The notes below the pieces were generated by a model, which was given only the letters and a program-made list of their open reading frames with translations, had not been told where the DNA came from and did not search any database. Both the position numbers and the translations under genes were made by a program. From the NCBI GenBank assembly GCA_951406725.2, contig OX597815.1, forward strand, positions 98,022,001-98,086,000: a stretch of 64,000 bases of DNA, given 5' to 3'. The DNA comes from Octopus vulgaris (Eukaryota). Below are positions 23,957 to 36,892 of this stretch, one piece after another; within the stretch, counting starts at the first letter, position 1; every line of letters starts with the position of its first letter.

Positions 23957-25135
23957 TCTGTATATATATATACGGCAAGACGTGTGTGTGTGTGTGTGTG
24001 TACGTGATTGTAGTTTATGCACATCCACGAATTAGCACGCATGTCTCTCAAATTTTAGGACATTCGTCAACATCCTAACTGGGTTTTGTCAACTTACTTT
24101 TTCCTGAGGAACCCGCGGATAGCGGTAAAAATCTATTTTCAGCCATAAATTTTAGCGGTAAAAATCTTTTTTCTGCCATAGCTTTTTGACGGCGTCTAAC
24201 AAAAAAAAACAAGATAAAGAAAAGTGGAAGAGAAGCAGAAAGTTTCACGAGAAAGACAAAGTGAGATAGGGTGAGAGAGTAAGTGACGACGTTCATAAAA
24301 TATAAAATGTAAAATGTTTTGTCTTTTCTTAAACACGAGATATAGTGTTCAAATTCAGGATGTTTTTGAAAGACACTATACTTTATATATACTTTCTCTC
24401 AGAACGATTACAATATATTTATTTTAAATCATTTATTTATTTGAAATCGTTCATCTTCCCCCCTCTCTCTCTCTCACACATTACTTTGGGTGCGAAAGAG
24501 TTTTGTTTTTATTTTACGCCGAGTAAAAAAGTGTTTTGTTGACAATCCATTTATTTAACAACAAAGAAACAAAGAGGTGAGTAGCAATTTGTCAGTGAAT
24601 TGCACAATATAAATGGGTACAATTTCCGAGGTTTCCACCACACCCACTCCGTTTCACGGACCACAAAAAGGGTTTTGTATCATATTAGGAGGCCAGAGTA
24701 GTTGATTCCACGCAAAAAAAAACCCCATTATTTTTGTTAGTGAAAATCGTGCGAGTGTTAGTCTACAAATTTAACGACATTTTCCCATTCATTTCTGTTT
24801 ATGAACATGCACAAAACATGCAATAGGTGTACGTGCACACATGTGTGTTCGTGTCTGTTGCCCATATATATTTATATTATATTATATTATATTATATTAT
24901 ATTATATTATATTATATTATATTATATTATATATATATATATATATATATATGTAGGTCCCGGGTTGAGTCGGGGTTAACCACAGTAAATAAGGTACTCA
25001 ATACATAGCAGAGTAAATTAATTTATTTTATAGAAGGAGCTTCTACAGGACTAGAACTGTTTCATTCAAATGAAATCATCTTCCTGATGATTTCATTTGA
25101 ATGAAACAGTTCTAGTCCTGTAAACTCCTTCTATA

Positions 25136-25193
<58 letters not shown>

Positions 25194-25315
25194 CCAATTT
25201 CAACGGATTTTGCCCAAATTTGATGTTGATATTACTTAGTTTGGTTTGAAATAAAGAACTTGATTAGCTTAATAATCGTAACTTAATCCCGGGCAAGGCC
25301 GGGTTATACTGCTAG
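23957..25315 (+). mobile_element. Non-autonomous Helitron-like element
   Basis: Candidate 5' A|TCTGTATATATAT.. followed by (GT)n. 3' hairpin cccgg-gcaagg-ccggg (25288-25303), then CTAG|T at 25312-25316. Consistent with A|T insertion without TSD. The 3' end is better supported than the 5' end. Confidence 0.7.
24952..25140. mobile_element. Palindromic mini-PLE insertion with a hammerhead core, nested in (TA)n within the Helitron
   Basis: About 55-bp arms (25026-25080 / 25086-25138) around a 5-nt spacer. Arm consensus cuuc CUGAUGA u-uuc-auuu-gaa-u GAAA cag-uucuaguc-cug UA gaag. Left-only tail of ~73 bp. Confidence 0.8.
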
Positions 25316-25454
25316 TGAGAGAATATTTCTAAAATTCACTTGAAATTATTTTCTGAAATTATAATTACGTACCATATATTCTGCAAACAAAATTTTATAC
25401 CATTCTTTAGCTAGCATTTTATTTATCGAGAAATGAATTTAGAAATTTTAGAAA

Positions 25455-25568
25455 TCGTTGTGGCTCTGCGGTAAGGAGTTTCTGCCCGGGTTCAATCCCA
25501 CTGTGTGGCACCTTGGGTAAGTGTGTTCTACTTTAGCCTCGGGCCGACTAATGCCTTATGAGTGCGTC

Positions 25569-25610
<42 letters not shown>

Positions 25611-25800
25611 CGCGCGCATGTGCGTGTGTGTGCGTGTGTGTAATCCGCCACCGCTTGACAACCTGTGTTGGTGTGTTTAGGTCCCCATAGCCAAGCGGTT
25701 CGGCAAAAGAAATTGATAGAATAAGTAAATAATGATAAATATTACTTCAAGGCGATGCCACAGCATGGCCGCAGTCTAATGACTGAAACACGTAAACAAA
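25455..25800 (+). mobile_element. SINE family B (tRNA head, CORE-like segment, internal microsatellite)
   Basis: gtggctctgcggtaag..gggttcaatcccactgtgtggcaccttggg.aagtgt ... gcggttcggcaaaaga ... gcatggccgcagtc.aatgactgaaaca. Confidence 0.85.
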
Positions 25801-26744
25801 ATAAATGTAAAATATATCTTCCTTTCCAGTTTCTTTTTCGTAAGGATGGTAGGAGCTGCTGGAAATAATAATGCACTCTATTATCCCAGAAAAAGAAGGA
25901 AGGTATACTGGTTTGTAGTCATGACTATACTATCTCTCAACAAAAAGTCGCAATGATCATGGGAGGAATGTCTTTCATCATCAATCAGACTTAACGTAGC
26001 ACTAAACAATTAGTTTATACTAAAGCATCCTTAGTTCTCTCCCTTATAATTTTGCAAAAGTTATCTCCCTTGAACGCTGTAGTTTCTTAACTCTATGAAC
26101 TATAAGTTTTAATCGTTAAAAAAGTGCAATTAAAACCGAAGAAATCATGTTATGAAACAATCGGATTTGATATACCAGAATTGCTTAAAGCGGAATTTAA
26201 AGTTAATTCATCTTTGCTTATTTTTCTGCTGTTATTGTTTTATTTTATTTATCTATCATTATTTTAAATTTTGTGCTGCAAGACCACGATGAAAGAAATG
26301 TTCCAGAAACGGCCGTCCATTCTTGCAGGAATATATAGGAAGAATTTGTGTAATGCGTGCTTCAATTTTTGTTCAAATATGGTATTGTGTAAAATGTGCG
26401 AGGTTTTGGCTGCTATTTCTAACAAATAAAACGACCAGTAATCCCCGCCTGAAACCCTATTAGCATTACCATAAAACGTTTGAAATCTAAACGTTTTCAA
26501 GGTATAGTCGTGATTGTTGTTGTTGTTGTGGTTGTTGTTGCTGCTACTACTGCCGCCGCTGCTGCTGCCGCTCTTGTTCTTTTTGTTACGGCTATTGTGG
26601 TTTTCTATGGATCTGAAACTCGGAACTTTTGACGAAAAATCCGACGCAGTTTTTGTGATATCCACTTAACACCGTAGGATCTAAAGCACAGCGTTTTACA
26701 AACGTAACATCAGCATTAGGTCTCTGTCATCTGCCGCACAACTC

Positions 26745-26928
26745 TTTTACTAGTTTCAAGTCATTTGACTGTGGCCATGCTGGAGCACCGCCTTTAGTCG
26801 AGCAAATCGACCCCAGGACTTATTCTTTGTAAGCCTAGTACTTATTCTATCGGTCTCTTTCGCCGAACCGCTAAGTTAGGAGGACATAACAACACGGTTG
26901 TCAAGCAATGTTGTGGGGGGAACACAGA

Positions 26929-26997
<69 letters not shown>

Positions 26998-28015
26998 GAC
27001 AGGCTTCTTTCAGTTTCCGTCCACCAAATCCACTCACAAAGCTTTGGTCGGCCGGAGAAGACACTTGCCCAAGGTACCATGCAGTGGCACTGAACCCAGA
27101 AACATGTGGTTGATAAGCAAGCTACTTTTATTCATTAAATTTGCCATGAAGGCAGTACATAGATGTGGCTTTGCGGGCTGGACGTAGATATTGATGGTAT
27201 GAATGATGGTGATGGAACGAAGATGGTGACGGGAGAAGACGAAAGCGCCCGCCGACTTCCGCTTCTCTAAGACAATGTTCTTTTTTCAAAAAATTCAAAA
27301 AGTCACAAATTTCACAAAAGTCACAATGAGGCAATGAACCTCTTTCTCAATATGATACAATTTTCCTTTTTAAAACATTCAAAAAGTTCAAGTCACCCGT
27401 TCGACCAGCGCTATTGCTTCATTGAGGCAATCATTCTTTGTCAGGCCGTACCATACAGGTATAAATTGAAAGGAGTCCTCCGGGAAGGAATTCGCGATCC
27501 TGCACAGATCGTTATCCAATAGGACCTCCGCAGCCACCTCCGAAGGCCACTCGGGGTCCTCCGTGCAGGACCGAAGTCTCTCCCATTGGCCTCTCCTTCT
27601 CATTTTACCTATCTCGTTTTCAAGCGTTCCTCCTTTGTAGAAGAGGACCACATATTGTTTCTCCTTGGTTATCCTTGGTGCTTCTTGGTAAATCCAACAC
27701 AAAGGCAATTAATATTTGAGGAGGGGCTCCGCCTCCTCAAAAACCACAATTCTCACTGCAAAGTGAGTCTTTACGCTCGACCACAAGCAGGAAAATGTCT
27801 GGAGCAAAGTGGAGTCTATTACTCTCCAAAAAATAATAAATACAGAGCAATAAACTTCACTAAGCCCCGAAAAAAATACAACAGACACCAACCTGTAGTC
27901 GAGCCTCAAAATTCAATAATTCCCGCTGAAAGACGTGACATCCGGCAGCAGCCAAAAAACACGTCCGAACACGTCGAAGGTTAGCGAGCTACTTACCACA
28001 CAGCCACTCCTACGC
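26745..28015 (-). mobile_element. SINE family B interrupted by an ~855-bp insertion
   Basis: SINE sequence stops at 27127 and resumes at 27983 (agc.agctacttaccacacagccactcct). Confidence 0.85.
27128..27982 (-). mobile_element. Short retroposed element with a 12-bp target-site duplication
   Basis: TSD agcaagctactt (27116-27127) / agcgagctactt (27983-27994). Minus-strand 3' end aatgaataaaa. Broken ORF over 27388-27708. Confidence 0.7.
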
Positions 28016-28697
28016 TTTAACTGCTTAGTGAAAAAATCGTAGCTTTATATTCCTTCTATAAATATCTGTATATCTAAACATATTTTCAAAACATTGTTTC
28101 ATTATGTTTAAAATTTTGATTAGGTCTTCTGTTTCATTCCATATTATAAGTTTCGATTTTGTGAGTGACTTCATTCAATATATAAGTTTTTTTCAAGCAT
28201 AACGTTTGAACTCACAAAGTGTCGTCAGCAATAAAATATTATCACAGAAAAGATTTATAATATTTAGAACTTTTAATTTATTACCGGTTGGCAGACATTA
28301 ATACACATCAGCAAGAAATTTGCGTGCCAAATTTTATAAACAAGTGTCTTGTTCGAGCCATAGTCAGGGAAGCTTCAGCTGATGAGATATTGAAACAGGT
28401 CGAAACGCCGCTGACCAAAGTACATTTGCCTTGTGAATCAAGCGTGCTATGAACACACATTCGTCAGAAATGAGTTGTTCTCCAATAGTGTAATACAACA
28501 GCATTTTCCATATACATATTCAAATCTGCTGCAACATACAAGAATGAATATGTATATCATCGTTTTGATTCTTGCTCCTCAATGTGCACATGATTTCTTG
28601 TTGTTGTTGTTGTTCTTCTTCTTCTTCTTCTTCTTCTTCTTCTTCTTCTTCTTCTTTTTCTTCTCCTTCTTCTCCTTGTCGCCGTTGTTGTAAGCTT

Positions 28698-28852
28698 GGG
28701 GAGCTGACTGACAGAATCTTTAGCAGGCCGAGCAAAATGCTAAGCAGTATTTCGTCTGTGTTCATGGTCTGAGTTCAAATTCTGCCGATGTCGACTTTGC
28801 CTTCCATCATTTTAGGGTCGATAAAATAAGTACATGTTGAGAACTAGGGTCG
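28698..28852 (+). mobile_element. SINE family A
   Basis: Family A head and body motifs. Confidence 0.85.
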
Positions 28853-29059
28853 AAATTGGTCATATCAAAAGCTGGGATCAGAATTGATCATATCAAAAGT
28901 TTGGCAAGGACTCCAGACAAATCTAAAATATCTCACGTCAGGAGCTGTCTCTATGTAAGATATCGCCACCAAGTTCCTGCAGCACAAAAGGTAGAAATCA
29001 TTATCAGACAGCAGCTCTAGGTAATGAAATAATAAACTTGGCAACATCCACTACATTAT

Positions 29060-29277
29060 TATTTCTACTCTAGGCACAAGGACTTGAAACTTTTGGGGGA
29101 AGGGAGCTAATCAATTACATCGACCCCCAGCACTTAACTGGTACTTATTTCATCGACCCCGAAAGGATGAAAAGCAAAGTTGACCTCGGTGGAATTTGAA
29201 CTCAGAACGTAGCGGCAGACGAAATAACGCTAAGCATTCCGCCCGGCGTGCTAACGATTCTGCCAGCTCACTGCCGT
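29060..29277 (-). mobile_element. SINE family A
   Basis: Reverse complement of family A (cgaccccgaaaggatgaaa..ggaatttgaactcagaacg..ctgccagctc). Confidence 0.9.
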
Positions 29278-29539
29278 CATCAACTACATTATTGTCAACT
29301 GTGAGTGAATGTCTTCAAGATATAATCTTCCCATGAATCATGATGTGGTAGTCAAAACACTTTGGAAATGAATAACAAAAAAAAAAAAAGAAAGAAAAAT
29401 TAAATGGGCCTACAAAAGAATAAGTCCCGGGGTCGAGTTGCTCGATTTAAGGCGGTGCTCCTGCATGGCCGCAGTCAAATGACTGAAACAAGTAAAAGAG
29501 TAAAAGAGAAAAGAGAGTAAAACACGATCAGACAGTGTT

Positions 29540-29912
29540 GAGTATATTGAGACCAATAAGAATAGTGGTGGAACTTAAAATTTAACACAGACACCAAACT
29601 AAAACACAACCAGCCAGTTTTATGAGACGTCTTGCACTGTTCTAGAAATCAGCTGGACACTTGTGTGGTCGGAAAAAATACAGGAGAAAGAGGACATCTA
29701 TGGACCATTGATAAGCAATTTGTAAACCAAGTATCCAAGATACACTTTCACCTTCACACCTGTTATCACTGGAGCAACATATAGCTGTCAGGAGCAAAAT
29801 ATAGCTGTACTTAATTACATGGTGAAAGAAGGCAACTTCTTAAATCATACTCTACCAATCACGATATCCGGAATTATGAAATTCTGCAAATATAAGACTT
29901 CAAAGATGATGA
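29540..29912 (+). mobile_element. Old 3' remnant of an RLE LINE related to 4236-5018 and 54979-56402
   Basis: 'TKLKHNQP', 'EKEDIYGPLISNL.TKYPRYTFTFTPVITGA'. Followed by (CATA)n at ~30015. Confidence 0.6.
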
Positions 29913-30149
29913 ATGAAACAAACGTGCTTTCGTTCAGCACTTGGCTACGAAGCAGGTGGGTGGGTGGTCGAAATTAACTCAAATTTAAAAAGGGACGAGG
30001 AAAAAGCATGCATGCATACATACACACACACACACACATACATACATACATACATACATACATACATACATACATACATACATACATACATACATACATA
30101 CATACATACATACATACATACATACGTACGTACATACATACATATATAG

Positions 30150-30685
30150 ACTTGGCGTGGGTGTGTGGTAAGAACAAGTGTCTTCTACCATAGCCTGTAG
30201 CCGGCCAAAGCTTGACAATTGAAAGAAGTCCGTCGTATACATGTGTACATTATATGTGCGCGCGCGCGTGTGTGTGTGCGTGGAGGTGTAGCTGTGGGTA
30301 AAGAAGCTTCTTTCCCAACCACATGGCGTTGGGTTCAGTCCCACTGCACGGCACTTGGCAGTCTGTTCCAGAGGCGAACCTTGTGAGCGGATTTTGTAAA
30401 CGGAAACTGAAAGAAGCCTGTCGTATATATATATGTGTGAGTGTGTGTGTACGCGCGCGTGTGTGCGTGTGTGTGCGCGTGTGTGTGTGTATTTATCACT
30501 CACCATCGCTTGAAAACCGGTATTGATGTCCCTTAATCTAGCGGTTCGGCAAAAGAACAGCGATCCAATAAGTAACAGAATTTAAAAAAAAAAAACTACT
30601 GGAGTCGTTTCATTCGACTAAACATTCTTCAAGGCAGTACCCCAGCATGGCCGCAGTCTCACGACTGAAAGAAATAAAAAGATAA
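30150..30685 (+). mobile_element. SINE family B (partial plus near-complete copy)
   Basis: Family B motifs with internal (TA)/(GT) repeats. Confidence 0.85.
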
Positions 30686-31334
30686 GTGTATGCGTCTTTG
30701 CGTCCGTGCGTGTGTGAGCGCGCACGCGCGCGCGTGTGTATGTGCATGTATATGTATTTATGTGTGTGAGTTCGCTGGCGCGTGTGAGAAATAGAATTAT
30801 GTATCCTGGTTTGCAATACTTCACTGTATTTCTTTTGGGTCCAATTCGCTCAGAAGATCAGTTCTGTCTTCACTCTCAATATAAAGTAAATTCTATAGAC
30901 ATTATTCCGTAAGATGAATCGATTTTTTTTTCTTTCTTTTTTTTTTTGTATTATTATGAAAATCCCAAATTACAAAATAGAAAAAGGGCAATATTAACTT
31001 TCAAGGGAGGTCACCTTTCAGATTTAAGCTGCAGTTCTCTCCCTTGGTTATTTTGTTATTTCTTCTGATGTTCTGTTTATTTGTACCGTAACTATATAGT
31101 GTATTTTAGTCTGTCCATCCAGTGGTTAATGGGCTTAAGAAAAGTATTTGATGCTAAGAATCGTAATTGAACTGAATTTAAATAGGCAATTTCCTTGAAG
31201 ACAACCTCACATTCTCACCCCAAATTTGATACAGATACTATAACAGGCGCTATAGTTGCATTTGTTATGTTATGACCATCATGTTTTTTTTAAAAACGGT
31301 AGCTTGTGTAATGAGAAACATCACGTCGATTATT

Positions 31335-31563
31335 CTTATTTCTTTATTGCCCACAAGGGGCTAAACGTAGAGGGGACAAACAAGGACAGACAAACGGATT
31401 AAGTCGATTACATCGACCCCAGTGCGTAATTGGTACATAATTTATCGACCCCGAAAGGGTGAAAGACAAAGTCGACCTCGGCGGAATTTGAACTCAGAAC
31501 GTAGAGGCAGATGAAATACCGCTAAGCATTCCGTCCGCCGTGCTAACGAATCTGCCAGCTCGT
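31335..31563 (-). mobile_element. SINE family A, subfamily shared with 36945-37173
   Basis: Same 3' tail (tttgtctgtccttgtttgtcccc..gccccttgtgggcaataaagaaataag) as the copy at 36945. Confidence 0.9.
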
Positions 31564-32194
31564 CGATTATTTTAGACAATTGAGTGACCACATATGTGCT
31601 TATTGGATAGCCAGAACCTGCTCTGAGTATTTCTGCATCCTTACCCTCCCATAACGCTTGTAAAAATACATTTTTGGCTGTTGTACCTGTCCTTGCATTC
31701 TAGTGCTGTTATTCCTTACTTTACAGAGGCTTTGACACTGGTCAGCCGCCTTTAATTCGTTTAGTCCGGTTCTCAAAACATCACCCGTAGCGTTTCTGCT
31801 ACGCATGCTTTACTTTCTCTCTCACAAGTGAGAGCTAGTTTGAAGTTAAGGAAACACAAGCGCTTACCTCAGTGATACAACCACTCTCTTTGAACACACA
31901 CATACTTCTAAAGTAAAAATGTTTGTGTATCTTTGATAACTTTTCATTGAGTTTGAAATATTTTGCTCTGAGATCCAAGTCCTACAGTTTTACGCAATTG
32001 AATAGGGTTATGAGGAGAATGAGGAGTCCCTCAAACAATTCAATGTCAAATATTTCATTTTATTTTATTTATGAATGTATCATGAATGTGTCGGTGGCAT
32101 TTCTTGTATGGAAACGTGTACGAAAACCACTGAACAAACAGAAACAGAGTTTATCAATAGATGAGCTACACTTTGTTAACCCTCTAGATTATGA

Positions 32195-33483
32195 TAGCGG
32201 GTTATCCCATAAGTCCTGCCCGAATTTTGTATAAAGAAGACATGTGATCAAATGTTATATTTAATTGAAATTTGATCATCAATGTACTTTCCCTGATTAT
32301 CTATGACTTCCTTCCATCTATTTACAGGCTTTTTAATCCCATCAATGTAAAACTCTTTTGGTTTCAAAGCGGAGAACTCTGAAATGTCAGTTTCGACCTC
32401 CTCCTGGCTTGCGAAAGTTATTTCTCCCAAATGTTTCTATAAACTACGAAACAAATGGTAGTCTGAAGGAGCAAGGTCGGGAGAATAAGGTGGAGGGGAA
32501 TTTTTCCCAACCAAGCTCTTCGATCTTCTGTAATCTGATCTTTGCAGTGTGGGGTCGCGCACTGTCCTGATGAAACATCACTCCTTTTCGATTCACTAAA
32601 GCGGGTCTTTTTTTCTTCAAAGCTTGGTTCAAACGCTCTAATTGCTGACACTAGACTTTAGCATTGATTGTTGCATTAGGTAGTAACAATTCAAAGTGAA
32701 TTACTCCTTTTCAATCCCACCAGATAGAGAGAAGAACCTTTTTTCCATGAAGTTCCCTTCTCGGTTGTGGTTGAGTTTTTTTTTTCCCTTTTACCAAGCC
32801 ACTGTTTACGACGTTTAACATTTCGATAAAAGATCCATTTCTCGTCGACAGTCACAAGTCTATCCAAAAAGGCTGAAATGAGTTCGCAAGAATGGAGAGA
32901 AGAGTAGATGTCAATTCGGGATTTGCGGTTGCTTTCGGACAATTCATGAGGCACCCATTTTCCAAGTTTAGGGAACATTCCAAGTTTTTGAAGATGATGA
33001 TGAACAGTTGTATGGTTTGAACTAAGCTTTATTGCCAATTCTTCAACGGATAATGTAGGATTTTCTTCAAGTAATGCCTCAAGGAGCCTATCATCCAACT
33101 CAACTGGACGTCCTGTTCGATCTTCATCTTTAAGGCTGAAATCTCCACTTCTGAATTTTGCGAACTATCTCTTGCAATTTCTTTCATTCAAGCATTCTTT
33201 CCCATAAACTGATTGTATATTTTGAGTCGCTTCGACTGCAGAGTTTCCTTTTTTTGTACTCATAAAGTATTATGTGCCTTGAATGCTCTTTAGATACTTC
33301 CATGTTAGAAACGGTTTTAATCAAATAAATTTTAATTTTATTATTCTGAAATATAATATTTAATTAGTTTATATGTTCACAAATGCATAAAAATAATTTT
33401 AGACATTCTAAAATACTATTAAACATCATTCAATTTTTTTAAAAAGGGGTAAAATCGGACAGAACATATAGGATGACCTGATA
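32195..33483 (-). mobile_element. Full-length but decayed mariner (DD34D-type) transposon
   Basis: About 30-bp imperfect TIRs (cgggttatcccataagtcctgcccga vs rc caggtcatcctatatgttctgtccga). Transposase from ATG at 33303 (MEVSKEHSRHIILYEY), with WVPHEL, TVDEKW, HQDSARPH, YSPDLAPSDY and GKYIDD. Several frameshifts and stops. Confidence 0.95.
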
Positions 33484-35079
33484 TATATCTAGGTGTGATT
33501 TTACTACCTAGGTTTGGGGTATGTCCATTTTAGGACTGAAAATTACCGGAATGATAACAATATTAAACATACAACGAAGATGTTTTAAACTGAACATTAT
33601 CTTAATCTAATAACTTTGGTAGAGATATGAATGATGTTTGTGAATTTGGAACATTTTCTATATCTTGAATTCAAGATTTGTTATAAAATATCGCATGAAA
33701 TGGATGACACAAATTATCTCTATTAAAATCATGTCGAGTGCAGCATCTCGGTGATAAGAAGAACAGTTAGAGAGACGTGTTATGACTTAGTAGAAAGATT
33801 CTCGGTCCCCAAAACATCTCTTTGTGTGAAGCCATCCTGAGTTTAAGCAAACCAAAGTTATCAGTATTTTTTGGATCAAAACCAGGCACAGAACTGAAAC
33901 AAGCAGTCGAAATGAACCGTTGATAAAAGAACAACAGGTTTTAGACATATGAATTGATACTATAAAAGGCAACAACCCAAGTTCGCGAATTTGAGAGATG
34001 AGGAACAATTGTTGAGTGAGCTAAGTTTAAGCTTAAAATATCTAGAGCACATGGATTCTGCTGGTTCATCTTGTGGCTAAGATAACCTGATTTTGTGAGC
34101 TTGCTTCGGAAACTTATAACAAAATGAACTCTGCTAAAGACAACCAAGAATGGTATTAAACTGGGCAGCATGATGTGCGTATGACACTATGAAAAAAATT
34201 GAGATGATGAGTTGAAACTAAAGCATTCATATCAAAGAAGTACCATTTTATCCTTTTAAAACCTCACACAAATTGTTACATTCACGTTTCAGTTCTTTCC
34301 CTATAATACTGCCAGCAGGACTTAAAATTTTCGTTGTGCATCTGCAGTGCAGTCAGACATAAATTAACAGCATCTCTTGAAAATTTGTATCATTCTGAAG
34401 CCTGGGTCTTGACTTCATTTTGCTCATATTCCTGCGTCGCTTATCCTAGTTATTTTTTTTTCAAAAGCCTCCATGCTTTTCTCTCTTTTACTTTCTGAAA
34501 CATTGGATGCTTGACTATTGTTGTTGTTATTGTTGATTTGTTTGTTTCTTGTTGGCTTGCTCTTTTTTTTTGTACTTTTGAGTCATTACTACATTATTTT
34601 TTTGAGATTCAAATTATATAAAAAGTCACTCTCACACAAAAAACAATTGCCTATACAATATTTTCTTGGTATATCAAACTGCAAGTAACGTACCTGCTTA
34701 GCAAAAAGAAAAAAAGTAACGGTTGTAAGATCTTACCATTAACTGATTTTCATCGTATTCTGTGTTAGTAACACAGTGTCGACAGTACGAAGATACTGTA
34801 TTCGAAACCTTATGATGGACACTATTATTGATTAACAAAAACACAAAATTAACAGTACATTTTCTGGGTCATTAATTTGTGTGTTCATACATACATACAT
34901 ACATACATACACACATACAAACATACATACATACACACATACATACATACACAAGCGTGCACATACACACGCACATATGTATATATCTAAGTATGTATAT
35001 GTGTATGTATGTATTATATATATAAAGACACGTATCTACACGTACACACACGCCTTCTCATATATATATGCATACATAC

Positions 35080-35297
35080 ATTGGTTTAAAATTTTGGCGC
35101 AAGGCCAGAAATTTCTGGGTTGTAGAGGTTAAATCGATTTCATCGAGCCAGTGTGCAGCTGGTATTTATTCCATCAACCCCAAAAGGATGAAAGGCAAAA
35201 TCAACCTCGGTGGAATTTGAACTCAGAACATAAAGATAAACGAAATGCCGCTAAGCATTTTGTCCGGAGTGCTAACGATTCTGCCAGCACTCCGCCT
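35080..35297 (-). mobile_element. SINE family A
   Basis: Reverse-complement family A motifs. Confidence 0.85.
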
Positions 35298-35602
35298 TTA
35301 CATATGCATACATATATTTTAAAAGAAACAGTGTCATTAAGGCAAGATAGGTATGATTTTTGAAGTCTGTGTTTAGTAAGCTGTCATTTTACAGTGGCCC
35401 TTATGGTTACCAAATGAACATACTTTAATGTTGACGAATGCAGGAGTGGAGATAGAATAGTGATGAACAAAGCAACGTAGGGGACGACTAAGTGCAGAAA
35501 GTTATTGCGGAGCCTTTTGGTGGGAAACGAAATCACTACTGTGTTCGATGTATGCTGTACTTCAATTTACAGAGAAGTTTCGCAAGCGTGACTCAAGTGA
35601 CA

Positions 35603-36060
35603 TACCGTAATTTCTGACATACAATTCTATTTTTCCAAATTTACAATTAAAAAAAAATGTATGTCAACTTTTACACCAAGACGACTTTGGGGGACAAAAA
35701 CTCCTTGTCAAATGCAAGTGTCGATGTCTGAATGTTTGCCCTGCACGGTTTGTATGCCGGGAAATATGTTAACGTTTTTGAAAAGAGTCAGTTGAAAGCT
35801 ATGCCTCATAGAAACATTATGGTAATATGCAAGACAACCTTTGCAGATTATTGGTAGAGGAATAATGAAATCTTGAGAATTCTTACTCGTGCACCCAAAA
35901 TTCAATGCAGCAGCGTCCGCACCAAATTTAGCCGTGAAATTCTTCGCAAAAAATGTTTTAAAAACTAGTATAAGCAACGCAGGGATGTGAGCAAAAGAAA
36001 GCCAAGACCCAGACTTCAGAATGATACTGATCATAGAAAAATGGAAGCGGGTGGAGAAAA
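35603..36060 (+). mobile_element. Possible pogo/Tigger-like remnant
   Basis: TA|CCGTAATTTCTGACATA TIR-like start. 'KNVLKTSISNA' weakly resembles the pogo KSFKKCGISNA motif. Confidence 0.3.
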
Positions 36061-36233
36061 TGTTCATGTCGCCAAGTTAATAACTGTATCAATGTACATA
36101 TTTGCATTTCTGTTTCTGGATGCAAGAGTGTTTTTATTGACGCATGTCAGTTTTTATGCTTTGTTTTATTGTCTTGATAATGTTGTCGATGATGATATTG
36201 ACAATATCCTCCTCCTCCTCCTCCTCCTCCTCC

Positions 36234-36273
<40 letters not shown>

Positions 36274-36629
36274 AATCATCATCAGTAGCAGTAGCAGCTA
36301 TTATGAGCATCATTGTGGTCACTATTTTTTGATTTTAGCAACAAGTGTTCACTTAAGTGCAAGAGCAACCACGACGATAACTGTCAAGAAGTAGGAGAAT
36401 GAATTACTGTAATAGCAATAGCAACAACAAGAAAAATAGCACGTACAACAACAATGTTGGCAATAACAGCAATTACAGCCTGAGATAAATTAATTACTAT
36501 TATTAATGTCTAATGTAAACAATAACAACAGCAGCAACAGCGATTAGAATATCAAGCAAACAAATGGAATTATGTGAAAGACAAGCAACAACAACAAAAC
36601 CACAAAAACATCATCGAAAACAACAAAAA

Positions 36630-36687
<58 letters not shown>

Positions 36688-36892
36688 TAATTATTTAAAA
36701 TACAGCCAACAACAACAAAAATGTATAAAAACTACAATACCAGCAATAACAATACTAGAAAGAACGATAAGAACAGCATCATAAACGCCAAACAATATCA
36801 AGAATTTTTTTGTATATCAGCACTGAATGAAATTGAAAACATATCGACAGTAAGAACATCATAAACAAAAACGAAGACAACAACAACAGCGA

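Noticed and set aside
33500-34250. Possible piggyBac-like transposase remnant
   Set aside because: Only vague Cys/His spacing; motifs could not be reconstructed.
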